A stretch of DNA of 64,000 nucleotides from contig NW_027306095.1 of assembly GCF_964355755.1 (NCBI RefSeq), positions 503,001 to 567,000 of the forward strand, read 5' to 3'. Positions within the stretch are counted from its first letter, which is position 1. Every line of letters begins with the position of its first letter. The notes under the pieces were generated by a model that was given only the letters and a program-made list of their open reading frames with translations, searched no databases and was not told the origin of the DNA. The translations under genes and the position numbers were made by a program. The DNA comes from Antedon mediterranea (lineage: Eukaryota > Animalia > Echinodermata). This document shows positions 53,201 through 64,000 of the stretch, piece after piece.

Positions 53201-56200
53201 GTAATAAGTTTTATAGAAACGCACAAAATGGTCTAAAACGGTTTCAAATGTGATTTTAAGCACTTTGATATTTTTGTTTAACCAAGTTTCATCGAAATGC
53301 ACATAATGGTCTAAAACGTCTCCAAATGCGATTTGAAGCTGTTTTTGTGTGAAAAGTTTTTTCGAAATACACAAAATGGTCTAAAACGTCTCCAAATACG
53401 ATTTGGAACTCTTTTGTGCACTTTGATGTTTTGTGTCAAAAGTTTTATAGAAATGCCCGAAATGGTCTAAAACGGTTTCAAATGTGATTTTAAGCACTTT
53501 GATATTTTTGTGTAATCAAGTTTCATCGAAATGCACAAAATGGTCTAAAACGTGTTCAAATGCGATTTGAAGCTATTTTGTGATTTTAAGAACTTTGATA
53601 TTTTTGTGTAATCAAGTTTCATCGAATGCACAAACTGGTCTAAACCTCTCAAAATGCGATTTGAAGCTATTTTGTGCACTTTGATGTTTTTTTGTGAAAA
53701 GTTTCATCGAAATGCACAAAATGGTCTAAAACGTCTCTAAATGCGATTTGAAGTTATTTTGTGCACTTTGATGTTTTGTGTGAAAAGTTTTATCGAAATG
53801 CTCAAAATGGTCTAAAACGGTTTCAAATTTGATTTTAAGCACTTTGATATTTTTTTGTAATCAAGTTTCATCGAAATGCACAAAATGGTCTAAAACGTCT
53901 GCAAATGCGATTTAAAGCTATTTTGTGCACTTTAATGTTTTGTGTGAAAAGTTTTATCGAAATTCTCAAAATGGTCTAAAACGGTTTCAAATGTGATTTT
54001 AAGCACTTTGATGTTTTTGTGTAATCAAGTTTCATCGAAATGCACAAAATGGTTTAAAACGTCTGCAAATGCGATTTGAAGCTATTTTGTGCACTTTGAT
54101 GTTTTTGTGTGAAAAGTTTCATCGAAATGCACAAAATTGTCTAAAACGTTTCCAAATACGATATTAAGCTATTGCATGCACTTTGATGTTTTTGAGTGAA
54201 AAGTTTTTTCGAAATGCACAAAATGGTCTAAAACGTCTCCAAATGCGATTTGGAGCTCTTTTGTGCACTTTGATGTTTTGTGTAAAAAGTTTGCTATTTT
54301 GTGCACTTTAATGTTTTGTGTGAAAAGTTTTATCGAAATGCTCAAAATTGTCTAAAACGGTTTCAAATGTGATTTTAATCACTTTGATATTTTTGTGTAA
54401 TCAAGTTTTTTTCGAAATGCACAACATGGTCTAAAACGTCTCCAAATGCGATTTGAAGCTATTTTGTGCACTTTGATGTTTTTGTGTGAAAAGTTTCATC
54501 GAAATGCACAAAATGGTCTAAAACGTCTCTAAATGCGATTTGAAGCTATTTTGTGCACTTTGTCGTTTTTGTGTGAAAAGTTTCATCGAAATGCTCAAAA
54601 TGGTCTAAAACGTCTCCAAATGCGATTTGAAGCTATATTGTGCACTTTGTCGTTTTTGTGTGAAAAGTTTCATCGAAATGCTCAAAATGGTCTAAAACGT
54701 CTCTAAATGCGATTTGAAGCTATTTTGTGCACTTTGATGTTTTTTTGTGAAAAGTTTCATCGAAATGCACAAAATGGTCTAAAACGTCTCTAAATGCGAT
54801 TTGAAGCTATTTTGTGCACTTTGATGTTTTTGTGTGAAAAGTTTCATCGAAATGCACAAAATGGTCTAAAACGTCTCTAAATGCGATTTGAAGCTATTTT
54901 GTGCACTTTGATGTTTTTTTGTGAAAAGTTTCATCGAAATGCACAAAATGGTCTAAAACGTCTCTAAATGCGATTTGAAGCTATTTTGTGCACTTTGTCG
55001 TTTTTGTGTGAAAAGTTTCATCGAAATGCTCAAAATGGTCTAAAACGTCTCCAAATGCGATTTGAAGCAATTTTGTGCACTTTGATGTTTTTGTGTGAAA
55101 AGTTTCATCGAAATGCACAAAATGGTCTAAAACGTCTGCAAATGCGATTTGAAGCTATTTTGTGCACTTTGATGTTTTGTGTAATCCAGTTTCATCGAAA
55201 TGTACAAAATTGTCTAAAACGTCTCTAAATGCGATTTGAAGCTATTTTGTGCACTTTGTCGTTTTTGTGTGAAAAGTTTTTTCGAAATGCACAAAATGGT
55301 CTAAAACGTGTCCAAATGCGATTTGAAGTTATTTTGTGCACTTTGATGTTTTGTGTGAAAAGTTTTATCGAAATGCTCAAAATGGTCTAAAACGGTTTCA
55401 AATGTGATTTTAAGCACCTTGATATTTTTGTGTAATCAAGTTTCATCGAAATGCACAAAATGGTCCAAAACGTCTGCAAATGCGATTTGAAGCTATTTTG
55501 TGCACTTTGATGGTTTGGGTGAAAAGTTTCATCGAAATGCACAAAATGGTCAAAAATGTCTCCAAATGCGATTTGAAGCTATTTTGTGCACTTTGTTGTT
55601 TTGTGTGAAAAGTTTCATCGAAATGCACAAAATGGTCTAAAACGGTTTCAAATGTGATTTTAAGCACTTTGATATTTTTGTGTAATCAAGTTTTTTCGAA
55701 ATGCACAACATGGTCTAAAACGTCTCCAAATGCGATTTGAAGTTATTTTGTGCACTTTGATGTTTTTGTTTGAAAAGTTTCATCGAAATGCACAAAATGG
55801 TCTAAAACGTCTCTAAATGCGATTTGAACCTATTTTGTGCACTTTGATGTTTTTGTGTGAAAAGTTTCATCGAAATGCACAAAATAGTCTAAAACGTCTC
55901 TAAATGCGATTTGAAGCTATTTTGTGCACTTTGTCGTTTTTGTGTGAAAAGTTTCATCGAAATGCTCAAAATGGTCTAAAACGTCTCCAAATGCGATTTG
56001 AAGCTATTTTGTGCACTTCGATGTTTTTTTCTGAAAAGTTTCATCGAAATGCACAAAATGGTCTAAAACGTCTCTAAATGCGATTTGAAGCTATTTTGTG
56101 CACTTTGATGTTTTTGTGTGAAAAGTTTCATCGAAATGCACAAAATGGTCTTAAACGTCTCTAAATGCGATTTGAAGCTATTTTGTGCACTTTGTCGTTT

Positions 56201-56690
56201 TTGTGTGAAAAGTTTCATCGAAATGCTCAAAATGGTCTAAAACGTCTCCAAATGCGATTTGAAGCAATTTTGTGCACTTTGATGTTTTTGTGTGAAAAGT
56301 TTCATCGAAATGCACAAAATGGTCTAAAACGTCTGCAAATGCGATTTGAAGCTATTTTGTGCACTTTGATGTTTTTGTGTGAAAAGTTTCATCGAAATGC
56401 ACGAAATTGTCTAAAAAGTCTCCAAATGCGATTTGAAGCTATTTTGTGCACTTTGTCGTTTTTGTGTGAAAAGTTTCATCGAAATTCTCAAAATGGTCTA
56501 AAACGTCTCCAAATGCGATTTGAAGCAATTTTGTGCACTTTGATGTTTTTGTGTGAAAAGTTTTTTCGAAATGCACAAAATGGTCTAAAACGTCTCCAAA
56601 TGCGATTTGAAGCAATTTTGTGCACTTTGATGTTTTGTGTAATCCAGTTTCATCGAAATGTACAAAATTGTCTAAAACGTCTCTAAATGC
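44229..56690 (+). repeat. Third, mosaic copy of the super-repeat (start and second half homologous, middle 47.3-52 kb different)
   Basis: 44229-46100 parallels 18501-20377; 53147, 54968 and 56165 parallel 40314, 42134 and 43331 at +12833/12834; the middle matches the 5.6-16.6 kb region instead. Confidence 0.8.
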
Positions 56691-58019
56691 GATTTGAAGC
56701 TATTTTGTGCACTTTGTCGTTTTTGTGTGAAAAGTTTCATCGAAAGGCACAAAATGGTCTAAAACGTCTCCAATTGCGATTTGAAGTTATTTTGTGCACT
56801 TTGATGTTTTGTGTGAAAAGTTTTATCGAAATGCTCAAAATGGTCTAAAACGGTTTCAAATGCGATTTTAAGCATTTTGATATTTTTGTGTAATCAAGTT
56901 TCATCGAAATGCACAAAATGGTCTAAAACGTCTGCAAATGCGATTTAAAGCTATTTTGTGCACTTTAATGTTTTGTGTGAAAAGTTTTATCGAAATTCTC
57001 AAAATGGTCTAAAACGGTTTCAAATGTGATTTTAAGCACTTTGATGTTTTTGTGTAATCAAGTTTTTTCGAGATGCACAAAATGGTCTAAAACGTCTGCA
57101 AATGCGATTTAAAGCTATTTTGTGCACTTTAATGTTTTGTGTGAAAAGTTTTATTGAAATTCTCATAATGGTCTAAAACGGTTTCAAATGTGATTTTAAG
57201 CACTTTGATGTTTTTGTGTAATCAAGTTTCATCGAAAAGCACAAAATGGTTTAAAACGTCTGCAAATGCGATTTGAAGCTATTTTGTGCACTTTGATGTT
57301 TTTGTGTGAAAAGTTTCATCGAAATGCACAAAATTGTCTAAAACGTTTCCAAATACGATATTAAGCTATTGTATGCACTTTGATGTTTTTGAGTGAAAAG
57401 TTTTTTCGAAATGCACAAAATGGTCTAAAACGTCTCTAAATGCGATTTGAAGCTATTTTGTGCACTTTGTCGTTTTTGTGTGAAAAGTTTCATCGAAATG
57501 CTCAAAATGGTCTAAAACGCCTCCAAATGCGATTTGAAGCTATTTTGTGCACTTTGATGTTTTTGTGTGAAAAGTTTCATCGAAATGCACAAAATGGTCT
57601 AAAACGTCTCCAAATGCGATTTGAAGCTATTTTGTGCACTTTGATGTTTTTGTGTGAAAAGTTTCATCGAAATGCACAAAATGGTCTAAAACGGTTTCAA
57701 ATGGGATTTTAAGCACTTTGATATTTTTGTGTAATCAAGTTTTTTCGAAATGCACAAAATGGTCTAAAACGTCTCCAAATGCGATTTGAAGTTATTTTGT
57801 GCACTTTGATGTTTTGTGTGAAAAGTTTTATCGAAATGCACAAAATGGTCTAAAACGGTTTCAAATGTGATTTTAAGCACTTTGATATTTTTGTGTAATC
57901 AAGTTTTTTCGAAATGCACAAAATGGTCTAAAACGTCTCCAAATGCGATTTGAAGTTATTTTGTGCACTTTGATGTTTTGTGTGAAAAGTTTTATCGAAA
58001 TGCTCAAAATTGTCTAAAA

Positions 58020-59110
58020 CGGTTTCAAATGTGATTTTAAGCACTTTGATATTTTTGTGTAACCAAGTTTCATCGAAATGCACAAAATGGTCTAAAACGT
58101 CTGCAAATGCGATTTGAAGCTATTGTGTGATTTTAAGAACTTTGATATTTTTGTGTAATCAAGTTTCATCGAAATGCACAAAATGATCTAAAGCGTCTTC
58201 AAATGCGATTTGAAGCTATTTTGTGCACTTTGATGGTTTTGTGTGAAAAGTTTCATCGAAATGCACAAAATGGTCAAAAACGTCTCCAAATACGATAATA
58301 AGCTTTTTTATGCACATTGATGTTTTTGTGTGAAAAGTCTCATCGAAATGCACAAAATGGTCTAAAACGTCTCCAAATGCGATTTGAAGCTATTTTGTGC
58401 ACTTTGATGTTTTGTGTAATGAAACGCACAAAATTGTCTAAAACGTCTCCGAATACGATATTAAGCTATTTTATGCACTTTGATGTTTTTGTGTGAAAAG
58501 TTTTTTCGAAATGCACAAAATGGTCTAAAACGTCTCCAAATGCGATTTGGAGCTCTTTTGTGCACTTTGATGTTTTGTGTAAAAAGTTTTATAGAAATGC
58601 TCGAAATGGTCTAAAAGGGTTTCAAATGTGATTTTAAGCACTTTAATGTTTTGTGTAAAAAGTTTTATAGAAATGCTCGAAATGGTCTAAAACGTTTTCA
58701 AATGTGATTTTAAGCACTTTAATGTTTTGTGTGAAAAGTTTTTTCGAAATGCACAACATGGTCTAAAACTTCTCCAAATGCGATTTGAAGATATTTTGTG
58801 CACTTTGTTGTTTTTTTGTGAACAGTTTCATCGAAACGCACAAAATGGTCTAAAACGTCTCCCAATACGATAATAAGCTATTGTATGCACTTTGTTGTTT
58901 TTGTGTGAAAAGTTTTTTCGAATTACACAAAATGGTCTAAAACGTCTCCAAATGCGATTTGGAGCTCTTTTGTGCACTTTGATGTTTTGTGTCAAAAGTA
59001 TTATAGAAATGCTCGAAATGGTCTAAAACGGTTTCAAATGTGATTTTAAGCACTTTCATGTTTTTGTGTAACCAAGTTTCATCGAGATGCACAAAAAAAT
59101 CTAAAACGTC
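58020..59110 (+). repeat. Single-copy, highly diverged satellite island
   Basis: Dense private variants (aagcgtcttc, tacgataataagctttttta, gtaatgaaacgc, aaaagggtttc, gaacagtttc, aaaagtattatag, acaaaaaaatct) that I did not see elsewhere in the window. Confidence 0.8.
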
Positions 59111-62100
59111 TCTAAATGCGATTTGAAGCTATTTTGTGCACTTTGTCGTTTTTGTGTGAAAAGTTTCATCGAAATGCACAAAATGGTCTAAAACGTCTGC
59201 AAATGCGATTTGAAGCTATTTTGTGCACTTTGATGTTTTGTGTAATCCAGTTTCATCGAAATGTACAAAATTGTCTAAAACGTCTCTAAATGCGATTTGA
59301 AGCTATTTTGTGCACTTTGTCGTTTTTGTGTGAAAAGTTTTTTCGAAATGCACAAAATGGTCTAAAACGTGTCCAAATGCGATTTGAAGTTATTTTGTGC
59401 ACTTTGATGTTTTGTGTGAAAAGTTTTATCGAAATGCTCAAAATGGTCTAAAACGGTTTCAAATGTGATTTTAAGCACCTTGATATTTTTGTGTAATCAA
59501 GTTTCATCGAAATGCACAAAATGGTCTAAAACGTCTGCAAATGCGATTTGAAGCTATTTTGTGCACTTTGATGGTTTGGGTGAAAAGTTTCATCGAAATT
59601 CACAAAATGGTCAAAAATGTCTCCAAATGCGATTTGAAGCTATTTTGTGCACTTTGTTGTTTTGTGTGAAAAGTTTCATCGAAATGCACAAAATGGTCTA
59701 AAACGGTTTCAAATGTGATTTTAAGCACTTTGATATTTTTGTGTAATCAAGTTTTTTCGAAATGCACAACATGGTCTAAAACGTCTCCAAATGCGATTTG
59801 AAGTTATTTTGTTCACTTTGATGTTTTTGTTTGAAAAGTTTCATCGAAATGCACAAAATGGTCTAAAACGTCTCTAAATGCGATTTGAACCTATTTTGTG
59901 CACTTTGATGTTTTTGTGTGAAAAGTTTCATCGAAATGCACAAAATGGTCTAAAACGTCTCTAAATGCGATTTGAAGCTATTTTGTGCACTTTGATGTTT
60001 TTGTGTGAAAAGTTTCATCGAAATGCACAAAATGGTCTTAAACGTCTCTAAATGCGATTTGAAGCTATTTTGTGCACTTTGTCGTTTTTGTGTGAAAAGT
60101 TTCATCGAAATGCTCAAAATGGTCTAAAACGTCTCCAAATGCGATTTGAAGCAATTTTGTGCACTTTGATGTTTTTGTGTGAAAAGTTTCATCGAAATGC
60201 ACAAAATGGTCTAAAACGTCTGCAAATGCGATTTGAAGCTATTTTGTGCACTTTGATGTTTTTTTGTGAAAAGTTTCATCGAAAGGCACAAAATTGTCTA
60301 AAACGTCTCTAAATGCGATTTGAAGCTATTTTGTGCACTTTGTCGTTTTTGTGTGAAAAGTTTCATCGAAATGCTCAAAATGGTCTAAAACGTCTCCAAA
60401 TGCGATTTGAAGCAATTTTGTGCACTTTGATGTTTTTGTGTGAAAAGTTTTTTCGAAATGCACAAAATGGTCTAAAACGTCTCCAAATGCGATTTGAAGC
60501 AATTTTGTGCACTTTGATGTTTTGTGTAATCCAGTTTCATCGAAATGTACAAAATTGTCTAAAACCTCTCAAAATGCGATTTGAAGCTATTTTGTGCACT
60601 TTGATGTTTTTGTGTGAAAAGTTTCATCGAAATGCACAAAATTGTCTAAAACGTCTCCAAATACGATATTAAGCTATTGTATGCACTTTGATGTTTTTGA
60701 GTGAAAAGTTTTTTCGAAATGCACAAAATGGTCTAAAACGTCTCCAAATGCGATTTGGAGCTCTTTTGTGCACTTTGATGTTTTGTGTAAAAAGTTTGCT
60801 ATTTTGTGCACTTTAATGTTTTGTGTGAAAAGTTTTATCGAAATGCTCAAAATTGTCTAAAACGGTTTCAAATGTGATTTTAAGCACTTTGATATTTTTG
60901 TGTAATCAAGTTTTTTCGAAATGCACAACATGGTCTAAAACGTCTCCAAATGCGATTTGAAGCTATTTTGTGCACTTTGTCGTTTTTGTGTGAAAAGTAT
61001 ATTCGAAATGCTCAAAATGGTCTAAAACGTCTCCAAATGCGATTTGAAGCTATTTTGTGATTTTAAGAACTTTGATGTTTTTGTGTGAAAAGTTTCATCG
61101 AAATGCACAAAATGGTCTAAATGCGATTTGAAGCTATTTTGTGCACTTTGATGTTTTTTTGTGAAAAGTTTCATCGAAATGCACAAAATGGTCTAAAACG
61201 TCTCCAAATACGATATTAAGCTATTGTATGTATGTTGATGTTTTTGTGTGAAAAGTTTTATCGAAATGCTCAAAATGGTCTAAAACGGTTTCAAATGTGA
61301 TTTTAAGCACTTTGATGTTTTTGTGTAATCAAGTTTCATCGAAATGCACAAAATGGTCTAAAACATCTGCAAATGCGATTTTAAGCTATTTTGTGCACTT
61401 TCATGTTTTGTGTGAAAAGTTTTATCGAAATGCTCAAAATGGTCTAAAACGGTTTCAAATGTGATTTTAAGCACTTTGATATTTTTGTGTAATCAAGTTT
61501 CATCGAAATGCACCAAATTGTCTAAAACGTCTGCAAATGCGATTTGAAGCTATTTTGTGCACTTTGATGTTTTTGTGTGAAAAGTTTCATCGAAATGCAC
61601 AAAATGGTCTAAAACGTCTCCAAATATGATATTAAGCTATTGTATGCACTTTGTTGTTTTTATCTGAAAAGTTTTCACGAAATGCACAAAAGATCTAAAA
61701 CGTCTCTAAATGCGATTTGAAGTTATTTTGTGCACTTTAATGTTTTGTGTGAAAAGTTTTATCGAAATGCACAAAATGGTCTAAAACGTCTCCAAATGCG
61801 ATTTGAAGCTATTTTGTGCACTTTGATGTTTTGTGTGAAAAGTTTCACCAAAATGCAAAAAATGGTCTAAAACGTCTCCAAATCCGTTTTGAAGCTAATC
61901 TAAGCACTTTGATGTTGTTATGTTAAACAAGTTTTTTCGAAATGCACAAAATGGTCTAAAACGTCTCCAAATACGATTTGAAGCTCTTTTGTGCACTTTG
62001 ATGTTTTGTGTAATAAGTTTTATAGAAACGCACAAAATGGTCTAAAACGGTTTCAAATGTGATTTTAAGCACTTTGATATTTTTGTTTAACCAAGTTTCA

Positions 62101-64000
62101 TCGAAATGCACATAATGGTCTAAAACGTCTCCAAATGCGATTTGAAGCTGTTTTTGTGTGAAAAGTTTTTTCGAAATACACAAAATGGTCTAAAACGTCT
62201 CCAAATACAATTTGGAACTCTTTTGTGCACTTTGATGTTTTGTGTCAAAAGTTTTATAGAAATGCTCGAAATGGTCTAAAACGGTTTCAAATGTGATTTT
62301 AAGCACTTTGATATTTTTGTGTAATCAAGTTTCATCGAAATGCACAAAATGGTCTAAAACGTGTTCAAATGCGATTTGAAGCTATTTTGTGATTTTAAGA
62401 ACTTTGATATTTTTGTGTAATCAAGTTTCATCGAATGCACAAACTGGTCTAAACCTCTCAAAATGCGATTTGAAGCTATTTTGTGCACTTTGATGTTTTT
62501 GTGTGAAAAGTTTCATCGAAATTCACAAAATTGTCTAAAACGTCTCCAAATACAATATTAAGCAATTGTATGCACTTTGATGTTTTTGAGTGAAAAGTTT
62601 TTTTCGAAATGCACAAAATGGTCTAAAACGTCTCGAAATGCGATTTGGAGCTCTTTTGTGCACTTTGATGTTTTGTGTAAAAAGTTTGCTATTTTGTGCA
62701 CTTTAATGTTTTGTGTGAAAAGTTTTATCGAAATGCTCAAAATTGTCTAAAACGGTTTCAAATGTGATTTTAAGCACTTTGATATTTTTGTGTAATCAAG
62801 TTTTTTCGAAATGCACAACATGGTCTAAAACGTCTCCAAATGCGATTTGAAGCTATTTTGTGCACTTTGATGTTTTTTTGTGAAAAATTTCATCGAAATG
62901 CACAAAATGGTCTAAAACGTCTCTAAATGCGATTTGAAGTTATTTTGTGCACTTTGATGTTTTGTGTGAAAAGTTTTATCGAAATGCTCATAATGGTCTA
63001 AAACGGTTTCAAATGTGATTTTAAGCACTTTGATATTTTTGTGTAATCAAGTTTCATCGAAATGCACAAAATGGTCTAAAACGTCTGCAAATGCGATTTA
63101 AAGCTATTTTGTGCACTTTAATGTTTTGTGTGAAAAGTTTTATCGAAATTCTCAAAATGGTCTAAAACGGTTTCAAATGTGATTTTAAGCACTTTGATGT
63201 TTTTGTGTAATCAAGTTTCATCGAAATGCACAAAATGGTTTAAAACGTCTGCAAATGCGATTTGAAGCTATTTTGTGCACTTTGATGTTTTTGTGTGAAA
63301 AGTTTCATCGAAATGCACAAAATTGTCTAAAACGTTTCCAAATACGATATTAAGCTATTGTATGCACTTTGATGTTTTTGAGTGAAAAGTTTTTTCGAAA
63401 TGCACAAAATGGTCTAAAACGTCTCCAAATGCGATTTGGAGCTCTTTTGTGCACTTTGATGTTTTGTGTAAAAAGTTTGCTATTTTGTGCACTTTAATGT
63501 TTTGTGTGAAAACTTTTATCGAAATGCTCAAAATTGTCTAAAACGGTTTCAAATGTGATTTTAATCACTTTGATATTTTTGTGTAATCAAGTTTTTTCGA
63601 AATGCACAATATGGTCTAAAACGTCTCCAAATGCGATTTGAAGCTATTTTGTGCACTTTGATGTTTTTGTGTGAAAAGTTTCATCGAAATGCACAAAATG
63701 GTCTAAAACGTCTCTAAATGCGATTTGAAGCTATTTTGTGCACTTTGATGTTTTTGTGTGAAAAGTTTCATCGAAATGCACAAAATGGTCTAAAACGTCT
63801 CTAAATGCGATTTGAAGCTATTTTGTGCACTTTGATGTTTTTTTGTGAAAAGTTTCATCGAAATGCACAAAATGGTCTAAAACGTCTCTAAATGCGATTT
63901 GAAGCTATTTTGTGCACTTTGTCGTTTTTGTGTGAAAAGTTTCATCGAAATGCTCAAAATGGTCTAAAACGTCTCCAAATGCGATTTGAAGCAATTTTGT
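59110..64000 (+). repeat. Dispersed copy of about 42200-47370
   Basis: Offsets 16721 (43331 to 60052) then 16634 (45322 to 61956, 45924 to 62558; one 87-bp monomer lost near 60960). Private variants tctcgaaatg (about 45997/62631) and gctcataatgg (about 46352/62986) are shared. Confidence 0.85.

Larger units (their letters stand above)
5452..64000 (+). repeat. 87-bp satellite tandem array, right arm; runs off the right edge
   Basis: Uninterrupted monomers of 87/86/78/124 bp in forward orientation; no non-satellite insertion seen. Confidence 0.98.

Noticed and set aside
58020-59110. Possible transposon or foreign insertion at the diverged island
   Set aside because: Every segment still aligns by eye to the 87-bp monomer; no terminal repeats, target-site duplication or non-satellite sequence.
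15-62740. Dozens of ORFs encoding a 29-aa Cys/His-containing repeat (MRFEAILCTLMFLCEKFHRNAQNGLKRLQ), superficially zinc-finger-like in length
   Set aside because: 87 bp is 29 codons, so the frame repeats automatically. ORFs end wherever the monomer has TAA instead of CAA, 86- and 124-bp variants shift the frame, no ORF exceeds 173 aa, and the spacing does not fit C2H2 (CxxC-x12-HxxxH) or any repeat-protein motif I recognise.
1-64000. CRISPR-like array (regular period with a palindromic repeat)
   Set aside because: There are no unique spacers; the entire monomer is repeated, and no cas genes or leader are present.
1-64000. Assignment to a known satellite (alpha satellite, CEN180, CENP-B box, telomeric repeat)
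   Set aside because: I see no convincing match to those sequences or to a 17-bp CENP-B box. Family and organism need a BLAST, Dfam or Repbase search, and centromeric function cannot be shown from sequence alone.

Overview
The whole 64 kb window is one AT-rich (~33% GC) tandem satellite array with no unique sequence, genes, RNA genes, transposon remnants or CRISPR spacers. The basic monomer is 87 bp (ATGCGATTTGAAGCTATTTTGTGCACTTTGATGTTTTTGTGTGAAAAGTTTCATCGAAATGCACAAAATGGTCTAAAACGTCTCTAA), with fixed length variants of 86, 78 and 124 bp. All listed ORFs are by-products of 87 being 29 codons. The array switches strand once, at 5451/5452, in monomer register, creating a multi-kb imperfect palindrome centred on the remains of the monomer's GTGCAC site. 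The monomer is itself a degenerate fold-back (18-bp inverted repeat, 16/18 matches) with roughly 10-bp-phased A/T tracts. Variants are nested hierarchically: 164-bp dimer and 261-bp trimer, a 704-bp 8-monomer module, 1-7 kb duplications, and a near-identical 12.8-kb tandem super-repeat, with interspersed older diverged blocks and one single-copy relic island at about 58-59 kb. The architecture resembles eukaryotic centromeric or pericentromeric satellite (inference; I do not recognise the family or organism). I found no protein-coding 'system'; the interest is structural. All comparisons were made by eye, so block boundaries are approximate.
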